Source of the DNA: a virus
Direction: 5' to 3' (one strand)
DNA length: 58,550 nt
Virus record (IMG/VR): IMGVR_UViG_3300027875_000001
Of the stretch, positions 43,254 to 51,846 are shown in pieces. The first letter of the stretch is position 1; each line of letters begins with the position of its first letter. Under the pieces are notes generated by a model that did no database searches, was not told the origin of the DNA, and was given only the letters and a program-made list of their open reading frames with translations. The position numbers and the translations under genes are program-made.

Positions 43254-43337
43254 ATGGCGTGGTCTGATGCCGTAGTCACTGTTGTCTGTCTCATGGTGAT
43301 CTGTGCGATTTTTTGGGCTGTGAACCGGTGGATGTAA
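43254..43337 (+). CDS. Tiny hydrophobic ORF (27 aa), speculative
   Basis: My translation: MAWSDAVVTVVCLMVICAIFWAVNRWM. It lies in an otherwise unassigned 130-bp gap. Confidence 0.25.
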   Translation: MAWSDAVVTVVCLMVICAIFWAVNRWM

Positions 43338-43344
43338 ATCCGTT

Positions 43345-43932
43345 ATGCTCCTCAAACTGAGCACTGCGCGCAATCGCCCAATCCTCATGGTGGATTCGGC
43401 CGATCATGTGACTGGGAAGACTGGACTGACGCTCACAATCACCGTGTCGAAGGACGGTGCAGCCTTCGCCACGATTACCCCAACAGTCACAGAGCTCTCG
43501 AGTGGCTGGTATAATCTTGCCCTCACGACGACCCATACCAATACGCTTGGCGCACTGGCACTCCATATCACCTCCACTGGCGCTGACCCAACTGATCTGG
43601 CTGATGAAGTGCTGACGGCACTGCCAGGTGACGCTGATGCCAACGTCGCAGCCATCAAAGCGAAGACCGATAACTTACCCGCTTCGCCAGCGGCCGTCTC
43701 CGATATTCCCACGGCGATTCAAAATGCTGATGCGCTCCTCAAGCGCGACATGAGCGCCGTGACGGGGGAAGCGGCGCGTTCACCGCTCAATGCGCTGAGG
43801 TGGTTGCGTAACCGCTGGTCTGTTGTGACAGGTACACTCAATGTGTATAAGGAAGATGATGTGAGTGTGGCGTGGAGTGGGCCTGTGACGACAACACCGG
43901 GTGATCCAACAACAGGTGTTGATCCGGCTTAG
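43345..43932 (+). CDS. Tail fibre-associated protein candidate (195 aa)
   Basis: ILMVDSADHVTGKTGLTLTITVSKDGAAFATITPTVTELSSGWYNLALT resembles N-terminal domains seen in phage fibre/tail proteins. This is recollection only. Confidence 0.4.
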   Translation: MLLKLSTARNRPILMVDSADHVTGKTGLTLTITVSKDGAAFATITPTVTELSSGWYNLALTTTHTNTLGALALHITSTGADPTDLADEVLTALPGDADANVAAIKAKTDNLPASPAAVSDIPTAIQNADALLKRDMSAVTGEAARSPLNALRWLRNRWSVVTGTLNVYKEDDVSVAWSGPVTTTPGDPTTGVDPA

Positions 43933-43998
43933 ATCAGATGACGCCAAGTGAGATGGCGACGCACCAGACGGACTGTCGATGCGGCCGAGCATTTTAGC

Positions 43999-46389
43999 AT
44001 GAGTCTGCCGTTTCTTCTCCTCCTCGGTGGCACGTCTGGGACTGTTACCGTTACCCAGACGCAAGCCGAGATCTTTGCGACTGGCGATCCCTCTGCGATC
44101 GCCACACAGACCTCGGTTGAAGCCTTCGGACTCTCCACACCGAGCGCCTTCGGCACCCAGACCTACGCGGAAGTCTTTGGCAGTCCTCCGCCGAGCGCCA
44201 TCGAGACGCAGATCTATGCGGAGATCTTCGGTGAAGTACGTCAAGCCGTTTTCACCAATGCCGATATCTTTATCGGCATTGTGTGGATGGAGCTCACCAC
44301 GCGTTCCGGCGTCCAATATGTCTGGTCCGATCGGCGCCTTCCAGATCCCAGTTCCTATTACCTCGGGAATAAAGAACCGCGCGTGATCGAATGGCAGCGC
44401 ATTCGGCGAGCGTTCAGTGGGATGAATGGGGAGTATGAAACCTCGGACTTCGGTGTCACTCTCTCCGATACCGATCGCTTGCTGCGCGAGCTGGACAAGG
44501 AGAACGAACTCGTCAATGCGACGGTGATTGTGCGCATGATCACCGATCCCGGTCGGCGGCGGCTTGAACGGCCGCGTGTGATCTATCGCGGGATGGTCCG
44601 TCACGCAGCCCCAAAGGGCACACTCGAATACATCCTGACCATTAAAGATCCCTTCGCCGAGCAATTCTCGCTGTCCACGCAGAGTAGTCTCTTGCCCCAT
44701 CGCACGGTGACACGAACGGATTTTCCCAATTGCACCGTCGACAAAATTCGTTCGTCAGCAGAAGGCTACACGACGAATGGGACTGGTGCAATTGGCGTCG
44801 GAACGATCAACGTCCATGCGGGCGTGGGGCAATTTGCCCCAGGGGACATCTTCAGGTTCTCTGGACATACCACCGTCTATACTGCCTCTGATGGCTCTGG
44901 GACAGACCCAGAAACGAGTCTGACGTTTACACCGAACCTGACGAATGCCGTGATTGTCGGTGAGACGATTACGCAAGACCCCTCGCACAGCGTGCCGACC
45001 TCGATGGGCTTTCGTGTGCCGATTGTGTATGGCTACATCACGGACCGGAAGATCATTAGCGGAGAGGATGCTGGCGACGGACAGGGACCGGTACTCTATG
45101 TCGGGGATCGGGTGCTCAGTGATGGAAAGACCTATGCGGAGTTTCTTTGGGCTGGACATGCGTGCTATTCACCGAGCGATCGCCCGTTCACGATGCTGTA
45201 TTTCTTCAACAATGCCCTCGATGATATGGCGGTTGGAACGTTCTATCATAATGCGCTGATTTTGCATGTCGCGAATCTGGCGACTGAAGCCGGAGCGGGC
45301 GGACGAGCGGCTGTGCCAGGGTATGGGAACTGGACGGCACTGGGTTTCACGACGCCGTATGTGGACTACGGTGGGCGTCGCTACACCGTGTTCTTTCTAC
45401 GAGGCTTGCTCCGCGATTGGGCGCTCGGCGTGATGCCAGCGCCCTTTGCCCTCGGGGGCATCCCGATGTGCGTCAACGCTTATGGGGTAGAGACACATGG
45501 TGACGGCAGCGGAGCACTCATCAGTAATGGATTGCTGCAATATCAGCATGCCGTCGTGAACTGGTTCCCGCCGATTGGGAATGGCTATCAATCCGGCGCG
45601 TGGTTGACGGCGCCAGTCTTCCCTGATGGCACCTCGATGATTGAGGAAAATAGTTTTCTCGTGGCCAATGCGCAATCAAAGGTCTATGTCAATCCGCTCG
45701 GATTTCGAGGGGATTTTATCATCGGGGCAGGGAATGAAACCGTCACCGCTCGAGAACTGATTGCTCGGTTCAATGTCTCCTTCGGGGTGAATGCCGGATT
45801 CAATTTGAATACACAGTTTTTCATTCGATTGGTGAATACCAACTTGGCGACAACGGCGTTGGCGAACCCCCTCGGCTATGTGCGGGATATCTTTGCCGGC
45901 ACCTTCGAAATCGAGCCGCTCGACCGGGAACTGTATACCGCGTTGGATTACCGGCATACGCAGGACTATTTGAAACGTGCACCGGACGGTTGGCGGTCGT
46001 CGCTCGGTGGTGTTGTCGAGGTGGAGAATAGTGGAGCCACCTCAACGTTCGGAAGTAAGACCACGTTTTCGCAGTTCAAGATGTTCATGATTCGTGGGAA
46101 GAACCGTGCAGAGGACGCTGATGAGTATGTGGCTGGAACGGATACCGCTAATGCTGTGCTGGCGCTAGCCCTCGCACGCTATTCGGCGATCCAGCACTTA
46201 CCGAAATTACAGACAGGTCCAGCGGGGTATAATTACGAGTTGGGCGACGTGGCGTTGATCTCGCACTATGAAGGGTTGAGCAGTATTGGATGGACCGATG
46301 CGCCGTGCAGGTTAGAACGCACGGAATATGACCCGTCGCAGTTCACGGCGTTTTTGGAGTGGTATTATTTACCACCGGTGTTAGTGTAG
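43999..46389 (+). CDS. Large tail-tip/host-specificity-like protein
   Basis: About 796 aa from ATG 43999; the track ORF starts at 43948. It is the last large gene of the tail module. The N-terminus has 3.5 copies of a 17-aa repeat (TQxxAExFG...PSAI). Confidence 0.5.
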   Translation: MSLPFLLLLGGTSGTVTVTQTQAEIFATGDPSAIATQTSVEAFGLSTPSAFGTQTYAEVFGSPPPSAIETQIYAEIFGEVRQAVFTNADIFIGIVWMELTTRSGVQYVWSDRRLPDPSSYYLGNKEPRVIEWQRIRRAFSGMNGEYETSDFGVTLSDTDRLLRELDKENELVNATVIVRMITDPGRRRLERPRVIYRGMVRHAAPKGTLEYILTIKDPFAEQFSLSTQSSLLPHRTVTRTDFPNCTVDKIRSSAEGYTTNGTGAIGVGTINVHAGVGQFAPGDIFRFSGHTTVYTASDGSGTDPETSLTFTPNLTNAVIVGETITQDPSHSVPTSMGFRVPIVYGYITDRKIISGEDAGDGQGPVLYVGDRVLSDGKTYAEFLWAGHACYSPSDRPFTMLYFFNNALDDMAVGTFYHNALILHVANLATEAGAGGRAAVPGYGNWTALGFTTPYVDYGGRRYTVFFLRGLLRDWALGVMPAPFALGGIPMCVNAYGVETHGDGSGALISNGLLQYQHAVVNWFPPIGNGYQSGAWLTAPVFPDGTSMIEENSFLVANAQSKVYVNPLGFRGDFIIGAGNETVTARELIARFNVSFGVNAGFNLNTQFFIRLVNTNLATTALANPLGYVRDIFAGTFEIEPLDRELYTALDYRHTQDYLKRAPDGWRSSLGGVVEVENSGATSTFGSKTTFSQFKMFMIRGKNRAEDADEYVAGTDTANAVLALALARYSAIQHLPKLQTGPAGYNYELGDVALISHYEGLSSIGWTDAPCRLERTEYDPSQFTAFLEWYYLPPVLV

Positions 46390-46467
46390 AGAATTGCTGG
46401 GCCGCATGAGTGCGTCTTCTGTGACGAAGGCGATCATCACCAATGTGAACCGATCATTGAGAAAGCC

Positions 46468-46731
46468 GTGTTAAATCGACGAGCACCGGACGCCATCAAA
46501 CAAGAGCGGTCGGATTTGCTGGCGTGGCTGAATATCGAACAGCGCAAAGCGGCGCGCTGGTCTCGGAATGCAGGGGGCCTGTATGAATTCAATCTGACTG
46601 GGCCAGAATTGATGCGAATTCGACTGGCTTTGACCGCGATCTCAGATGGTGAGTGGCAGTGTCGGTTTGTGGCTGATGACAAACGCTGCTGTCAACTTCC
46701 GACGGATCACGATGGGGATCACGCGTTCTGA
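46468..46731 (+). CDS. Hypothetical protein (87 aa)
   Basis: ORF track, GTG start. Confidence 0.4.
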   Translation: MLNRRAPDAIKQERSDLLAWLNIEQRKAARWSRNAGGLYEFNLTGPELMRIRLALTAISDGEWQCRFVADDKRCCQLPTDHDGDHAF

Positions 46732-46740
46732 GATACTGCC

Positions 46741-47268
46741 ATGACAGAAGACCAGTTTCTTGACAATCTGGGCAAAATCGAAGGGCTCAAGTATAGCGAG
46801 CCGCCTGACGTAGATCAACCGACTGCGAGTTATGGGATCACGCTTCCTGTGTTACATGACTATCGTGGCCATGACTGCACTGTAGCTGACCTTAAAGTTT
46901 TGTCGGTCCAAGAAGCGCGCGAGATTGCCCGATGGGAGATGCGCCGTGCACTGGCGGTGTACCGATTCAGTGAACTGGCCGACGAGCATCTGCGTGTGCA
47001 ACTCGTGGATTTTGCCTACAACAGCGGACCGGAACGCGCCATCCGGTGGCTGCAACGCGCGCTGGGGATTCCTCTGGCACAGGCAACCAATCACTTGACT
47101 GATGAGTTAATTAACCTTGTGAATGTGACCTCTGGCGTAGTGGTGAATAACGCCTTGGTCGCAGCGCGGTTGCGCATGCTCGATGATGTCACGGATACCG
47201 GTGTGGTGAACAAGCGCTATGAAGAAGGCTTGGCATCGCGTGCGTTGTCCTTTGGGGTGTTTGATTGA
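46741..47268 (+). CDS. Endolysin candidate, glycoside hydrolase family 108-like
   Basis: KIEGLKYSE...ASYGITL...LSVQEAREIARWE...QLVDFAYNSGPERAIRWLQRALG follows the GH108 pattern (EGG..., YGIT, ...D.a.N.G...a...LQ) as I remember it. Confidence 0.6.
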   Translation: MTEDQFLDNLGKIEGLKYSEPPDVDQPTASYGITLPVLHDYRGHDCTVADLKVLSVQEAREIARWEMRRALAVYRFSELADEHLRVQLVDFAYNSGPERAIRWLQRALGIPLAQATNHLTDELINLVNVTSGVVVNNALVAARLRMLDDVTDTGVVNKRYEEGLASRALSFGVFD

Positions 47269-47388
47269 GCGGTGATCTTGATTTGCGACGCGGGGATGCC
47301 TTCGAACTAAGCCAATTCCGGACGAATCAGAGGGTGATGAGTTTCAGCATCGGTCCACCCTCCCCGCTTCGCTTCAAAAAGGAAAGAC

Positions 47389-47835
47389 ATGCGCGCTTTA
47401 TTGTGTATCATTTTAGTACTCTCACTCAGTTGCGCGAAGCCTCGCCATGTGGCTGTCACGGTGGATGCTGCGCTGTACGGGGCATTGGAAGAGATCCACA
47501 GTACGGAACAGATGGCGCTCTGCGGTGCGCCGTCGTGTGCTAATCGAGTGGACATGCCGATCGCTGGCTGGTCACACGGTCAGAGTGTGGCATTCAATCG
47601 CGCCTTACTTCCGCTTGCAGAATCGGGACGGCAACTGAATGTTCGTTTAGTGGGGTGGCAACCGGGCCAACCGGCTCCAGCCGAAGTTGTCACACTTGTG
47701 AATGGGTTGGGCCAATCGCTCACCGCAGTTCTGATGTCATTTCCGGCTGGTTCGACGAAGGAGAGATTGCTGGTGTCCATTGCGACGATTCAGCAAATTG
47801 TGCTGTCGCTGTTGAATCAATTGCTGTCGAAGTGA
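47389..47835 (+). CDS. Putative lipoprotein (spanin-like by position)
   Basis: MRALLCIILVLSLSC AKP is a signal peptide ending in a lipobox-like LSLSC. It lies immediately downstream of the endolysin candidate. Confidence 0.4.
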   Translation: MRALLCIILVLSLSCAKPRHVAVTVDAALYGALEEIHSTEQMALCGAPSCANRVDMPIAGWSHGQSVAFNRALLPLAESGRQLNVRLVGWQPGQPAPAEVVTLVNGLGQSLTAVLMSFPAGSTKERLLVSIATIQQIVLSLLNQLLSK

Positions 47836-47839
47836 TCAG

Positions 47840-48028
47840 ATGGATATAAACACATTTTTGCAGTGGCAAGCGCTGATCACGCAAGCGGTGGGTCTGGGTG
47901 TCCAATCGTGGAAGGCGATTCATTTGCTGCTTCAAGATGCTGGGCATGATGATGTCGAGATCGCCACGCTGAAACCGAAGTGGGATCTGCTCGTGGAGGA
48001 CATCCGTCGCGCCGCGGAAGAGCCATGA
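47840..48028 (+). CDS. Hypothetical protein (62 aa)
   Basis: ORF track. Its stop overlaps an ATG (ATGA). Confidence 0.45.
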   Translation: MDINTFLQWQALITQAVGLGVQSWKAIHLLLQDAGHDDVEIATLKPKWDLLVEDIRRAAEEP

Positions 48029-48117
48029 CCCTACGCATCGGCCTGAGTTGCTTTCACGTCGAAAGGCTGGACGCGGCGCCGCTCGCGACGAATCAACCGC
48101 TGTTTGAGGCGACGTGA
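48025..48117 (+). CDS. Tiny coupled ORF (30 aa), speculative
   Basis: My translation: MTLRIGLSCFHVERLDAAPLATNQPLFEAT. ATGA overlap upstream and GTGATGA overlap downstream. Confidence 0.2.
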   Translation: MTLRIGLSCFHVERLDAAPLATNQPLFEAT

Positions 48118-48635
48118 TGACGTCGTGGTGCCTGTCGTATCGGGCAGACCCGCATGCCTTGCCCCTTGCCGACCGGCACTACAACCGGCAAGCGGTCGGC
48201 AGCAATCAGTTCGTACCACCTGGCCGCTGTCTCGTGCTCTTGACAGCGGCGGCTGATGCCTTATGGGTGACGTCGTGGCCCTTGGCGGCCTACGTCAAGC
48301 ACGCGTGGGCGGGCGCGTGGCTGTGCAGCTGCTTCCGCAATGAAAGCGCCGTGCTGTCGAGCGACCTAATTCGGGCCGCTGTCGCGCTTACGCGAGCAAA
48401 GTGGCCCGTGCCGGCGCTCGGGATGATTACCTTCGTGGACCCGACGAAGACGCGACCAAAGCGCGATCCGGGGCGCTGTTTTCTGCGAGCGGGTTTTCGC
48501 CCAGCTGGCCGCACTCAAAGCGGCCTCCATGCCCTGCAACTGCTACCGGCTGAGATGCCGGCCGCTGATTATTCGCTCACGCAGCCAACCCTTTTTGGCG
48601 ATGCGCTAGCACACACGGAGCCGTTGCAGCCATGA
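48114..48635 (+). CDS. Hypothetical protein in the GC-rich island (possible acyltransferase-like fold)
   Basis: The pattern LCSCFRNESAVLSSDLIRAAV...GMITFVDPTK...GRCFLRAGFRPAGRT recalls a conserved prophage protein family whose name I cannot give with confidence. Confidence 0.5.
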   Translation: MMTSWCLSYRADPHALPLADRHYNRQAVGSNQFVPPGRCLVLLTAAADALWVTSWPLAAYVKHAWAGAWLCSCFRNESAVLSSDLIRAAVALTRAKWPVPALGMITFVDPTKTRPKRDPGRCFLRAGFRPAGRTQSGLHALQLLPAEMPAADYSLTQPTLFGDALAHTEPLQP

Positions 48636-48719
48636 TCACGACGAACGCCATCAAAGTCGCGCACACCTTTCTCGGACTGCAACAGGAGGTATTGCCTCTA
48701 GAGGCGAGTTGATGTTCCT

Positions 48720-48995
48720 ATGCGCACCTGCCTCAGTTGCGGTCGCGAGATCGCCAAGAACTGGCGCTGCCACACGTGTGTCAAGGCAGGATTGGGAACC
48801 CCCCCTCCACGTGGCCCGATCCGCGTGCAATTATGTGCCCTGCGCCCTAGCGGCGTCGGCTACGTGATGTCCGCGCGCAGTCTGCCGGCCGTTTGGCAAT
48901 GGTTAAGCGTGCACGTCCGTCGTCGGGCTGGACGGGGACGCCAGTGGGTAGAACGGACCGGTGAGCCAGCGACTCGGCCAGAGTTCAAGCGGTAG
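48720..48995 (+). CDS. Hypothetical zinc-ribbon protein (91 aa)
   Basis: CLSCGREIAKNWRCHTC. The GC-rich context makes spurious ORFs likely. Confidence 0.3.
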   Translation: MRTCLSCGREIAKNWRCHTCVKAGLGTPPPRGPIRVQLCALRPSGVGYVMSARSLPAVWQWLSVHVRRRAGRGRQWVERTGEPATRPEFKR

Positions 48996-49105
48996 CGCCT
49001 TCGCTGGGGTTGACGAGGATGGTCTAGGTGGGGCGATCGGCGGACGACCGATAGGGAAGGCAGGCAGCCACTCTGGACGGTCCTGAGCGATTCCGGTCGG
49101 CCACC

Positions 49106-49870
49106 ATGCTCGAAACCTCCACCATCGTCCGCGCCCGTGACTTCCGCACCCGCTGGCTCCATCGCCGGGCAACTGAGCTCGGCGAACCATGGCGGATGCA
49201 CCGCAAACTTTGGGAATTCGCCCAAATTGCCCAAGTCTATGCCGAGCGTCTCGTCTTTGGTGGGCGTGTGCTCGGCTTCGGTGTGGGCCGGGAGCCGCTG
49301 CCGGCGTGGTTTGCCTGCCGCGGCGCGGACGTGGTCGCCACGGACCGGCCGGATGCGGCGCCCGAGTGGGCGGACACTGGGCAGTGGGCACGCGGACTCG
49401 ACGACCTGCGTCGACCGTGGTGCCCGGACGCGGTGTTCACCAATCGTGTGCGGTTCGAACCGGTGGACATGAACGCTATTCCGTTTCACCTGCGAGATTT
49501 CGATCTGACGTGGTCCTGCGGGTCGTTTGAGCACATCGGGGGATTTGATCAGAGTATCGAGTTTTTTTCGCGGCAGATGCAGTGCTTGTGTCGTGGAGGG
49601 CTCGCCGTGCATACCACGGAATATGCACCACAGAATGATCAACCGACGTTGAATGCACCGACACTCGTGTCGTTCAGGCTGCAAGAACTCCAGCGACTTA
49701 TCGATCGCGTAACGGCAGACGGCGGAGAGTTCTTCCCACTCGATGTGGTGCCAGGTGATGAGCCAGAAGATTTGCGAATTGATGTCGAGCCGTACACACC
49801 TGAGCACTTGTCGCTACGTATTGGCCACTGTGTGACCACGTCGATTGTGCTCATTGCGCAGAAGATTTAG
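49106..49870 (+). CDS. Class I SAM-dependent methyltransferase
   Basis: RVLGFGVGREPLPAWFACRGADVVATD (motif I plus an acidic residue), DLTWSCGSFEHIG and LCRGGLAVHTTE follow the Rossmann-fold methyltransferase order. Confidence 0.65.
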   Translation: MLETSTIVRARDFRTRWLHRRATELGEPWRMHRKLWEFAQIAQVYAERLVFGGRVLGFGVGREPLPAWFACRGADVVATDRPDAAPEWADTGQWARGLDDLRRPWCPDAVFTNRVRFEPVDMNAIPFHLRDFDLTWSCGSFEHIGGFDQSIEFFSRQMQCLCRGGLAVHTTEYAPQNDQPTLNAPTLVSFRLQELQRLIDRVTADGGEFFPLDVVPGDEPEDLRIDVEPYTPEHLSLRIGHCVTTSIVLIAQKI

Positions 49871-49888
49871 AACCACTAAGGAGTGTGC

Positions 49889-50014
49889 ATGGGGTGGATC
49901 ATTCGCCTGTTACGGCGATTGCTTGAGCGAAGAAAACCAGCCATCGACTTGGCCGTGAGTCGGCAGTGGTTGATCGAGCATAAAGTGCGGACGGATAAGA
50001 AAGAGGATGAATGA
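49889..50014 (+). CDS. Small basic protein (41 aa), last rightward gene
   Basis: ATG 49889 is preceded by AAGGAG at 5-nt spacing. My translation: MGWIIRLLRRLLERRKPAIDLAVSRQWLIEHKVRTDKKEDE. Confidence 0.4.
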   Translation: MGWIIRLLRRLLERRKPAIDLAVSRQWLIEHKVRTDKKEDE

Positions 50015-50025
50015 CTTGAAGGTGA

Positions 50026-50259
50026 TTATTTTATGCTTTCCTCTTTTAGGATAACACGCGCTTCATCGAGTGCGGCACTAACGCCAGTATGAAACTGTTG
50101 CATCATCATGTTAAAAGCTAATTCGCAGAATTCGTGCTCCGTTGTGGTGTAACGCACACGATAGAGTTCTTTGGCGTCATAACGTGCATCAGCCTCTATT
50201 TTTAATTTTTCAATCATTGCGCGCATCCTTTTTGCATGGAAAGTGTTCTGTACTATCAT
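50026..50259 (-). CDS. Hypothetical protein (77 aa), last leftward gene
   Basis: ORF track. Convergent with the rightward arm. Confidence 0.5.
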   Translation of the reverse strand: MIVQNTFHAKRMRAMIEKLKIEADARYDAKELYRVRYTTTEHEFCELAFNMMMQQFHTGVSAALDEARVILKEESIK

Positions 50260-50399
50260 TCTTGGCTAATTGTAGTGACAGCCGTAATGGCCCAGCGTAG
50301 CCGCATGAACACCGCATACACCACATGTTGATTGTGGGGAAATGCTCGATCGTCATGACATGTAGGGGCGTACTTTATTTCCTTTTACAGGATACGTGC

Positions 50400-50483
50400 T
50401 GGGCGGCGGCTGTTCTCGAATCTCTCCAAGAGACCCGACTCTCTCGAAGGACTACGCAGTCGAGCTGCGTCAGCCACCGCCCA
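50400..50483 (-). other. Candidate structured RNA element (13-bp closing stem plus internal hairpins)
   Basis: tgggcggcggctg (50400-50412) pairs with cagccaccgccca (50471-50483). The single mismatch is C.A on the plus strand but G.U on the minus strand. Internal hairpins are TCTCT-cca-AGAGA and ACGCAG-tcgag-CTGCGT. Confidence 0.3.
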
Positions 50484-50491
50484 ACTTGGTA

Positions 50492-50725
50492 CTAGCCTTG
50501 TACGTTTGGTGAAATTGGATAGATGAGTCCTGTTCCAAATAGCCATTCCGCGTTGATACAATCACCACCGTCAGTTATGATGACGCGTGCGGTCGTACCA
50601 ATTTGAGCACCGACTGATGTTGTATAGCGATTGAACACTGTCATCGCTTCTTGAGCGGAGACGAAACGACAGACATATTCATACTGGTCATCAGCGAAAA
50701 ACTGACAGACAGAGAATTCGTTCAT
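50492..50725 (-). CDS. Hypothetical protein (77 aa)
   Basis: ORF track. Abuts the next gene with no gap. Confidence 0.5.
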   Translation of the reverse strand: MNEFSVCQFFADDQYEYVCRFVSAQEAMTVFNRYTTSVGAQIGTTARVIITDGGDCINAEWLFGTGLIYPISPNVQG

Positions 50726-51067
50726 TTATTTCTCTTCTGTTTCTGCAACACCTTGCATCACTTGCCACGCACGGTACTCAGCGTCATATCCGGCTTCATG
50801 CATCCACTCATGCATCTGCATGAGTGCCTGTTTGAGACGAATGTTTTCTTTGGCAAGCCGGCTATTCTCCTCAGCTAAATCATCACACTCACTGATGAGT
50901 CCTTGAACACGCCGCTTGGTTGATACTTCGGCTCGTTCATTCTCTTTACGCACTCGGTCTGCTTCGTCTTCGGCATCACTAAGCTGGTCTTGATGCTCCT
51001 GTTCGTTCGCTTCCCACTCGCGTTGCTGGTCGTGTGTCAGGTCGTACCAATCAGTTGGTCTGGTCAT
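50726..51067 (-). CDS. Hypothetical coiled-coil protein (113 aa)
   Basis: ORF track. Glu/Arg/Leu-rich heptad-like sequence. Confidence 0.55.
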   Translation of the reverse strand: MTRPTDWYDLTHDQQREWEANEQEHQDQLSDAEDEADRVRKENERAEVSTKRRVQGLISECDDLAEENSRLAKENIRLKQALMQMHEWMHEAGYDAEYRAWQVMQGVAETEEK

Positions 51068-51243
51068 GGCTCGTTTCTCCGTGACAGCACCGCTTCACAC
51101 GCGGTACAGCGCTCTTCCATTAAGCGGATCTCTTTCCGTAGATGCACCAGCATTTCCACCAATTGCGTCGTGGAAAAGGTCTTATAGCTCTGTGTCAAAA
51201 GATGCAGGCGCGTTGGTTCGGATTCTTCTTTCTTCGGAGTCAT
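51064..51243 (-). CDS. Hypothetical protein (59 aa)
   Basis: In-frame ATG at 51243 overlapping the upstream stop (ATGA), inside track ORF 51064..51282. Confidence 0.45.
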   Translation of the reverse strand: MTPKKEESEPTRLHLLTQSYKTFSTTQLVEMLVHLRKEIRLMEERCTACEAVLSRRNEP

Positions 51244-51440
51244 TGATGTTTCAACTTGGCGAGTGCGGCGTACTTCGCCCAATATTCTGGGAAGGCGGTT
51301 TTGAGCCGTTGCTTGTTGTCAGCATCGGCGGAGTACCAGAGTTTTCCTAACCCAGAGACAAATCCTCCACCGTAGCGCCACATCGCGTTCACGATTTCGT
51401 TGTCGTCAACAGGATCATGTGTTATCAGACGTTTAGTCAT
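51240..51440 (-). CDS. Conserved small phage protein of unknown function (66 aa)
   Basis: WRYGGGFVSGLGKLWYSADADNKQRLKTAFPEYW resembles a small protein family I have seen repeatedly in phage genomes. Confidence 0.55.
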   Translation of the reverse strand: MTKRLITHDPVDDNEIVNAMWRYGGGFVSGLGKLWYSADADNKQRLKTAFPEYWAKYAALAKLKHQ

Positions 51441-51443
51441 TCT

Positions 51444-51665
51444 TCAACTCGGTTTCTGCCGGCGCTCGATACCGTCCCAATGCGCGGACTGCGCCTCAGC
51501 GGACAAATTCGCGAGCAGTTGTCGCAGGGCATGAAACCGCTGTTCGAATTCTTTGATGATCGCCTTATCCTGCGGCGAGAGGTGTTCATCGTGGAGGAGT
51601 TGTATGAGCGCGATACTAATGCGCTCCAATTGCGCATAGGTATCATAGAGGGTTTTAGCGTTCAT
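51444..51665 (-). CDS. Hypothetical protein (73 aa)
   Basis: ORF track. It is the first gene downstream of the 18-bp-phased motif array. Confidence 0.5.
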   Translation of the reverse strand: MNAKTLYDTYAQLERISIALIQLLHDEHLSPQDKAIIKEFEQRFHALRQLLANLSAEAQSAHWDGIERRQKPS

Positions 51666-51675
51666 TGATCCTCAC

Positions 51676-51812
51676 ATTCTCGCTCCCTTATCTTGGTACT
51701 CTCAACAAGGATGGCTCGCTCGTCGTGCCTGATACTTTACATCGGTGATGGCTCACTCATTCATCTTGGTACGCTCAACATCAGTGGCTCGCTCTCCTAC
51801 TATGGTACACTC
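51676..51812. repeat. Array of eight 10-bp motifs TGG(TA/CT)CNCTC phased every 18 bp (iteron/operator-like)
   Basis: Motif starts are 51676 (degenerate), 51694, 51712, 51730 (degenerate), 51749, 51767, 51785 and 51803. TGGTAC-type and TGGCTC-type copies alternate, so the true unit is about 36 bp. Confidence 0.8.
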
Positions 51813-51846
51813 CCGTCCGTGTGACGACTTCGATGGCGTTAGCCCT

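Noticed and set aside
47265-47543. Track ORF 47265..47543 (92 aa) downstream of the endolysin as a holin or spanin candidate.
   Set aside because: It has a non-ATG start, no hydrophobic segment and a Cys/Gly/Arg-rich tail. It overlaps the better-supported lipoprotein ORF, which starts at 47389.
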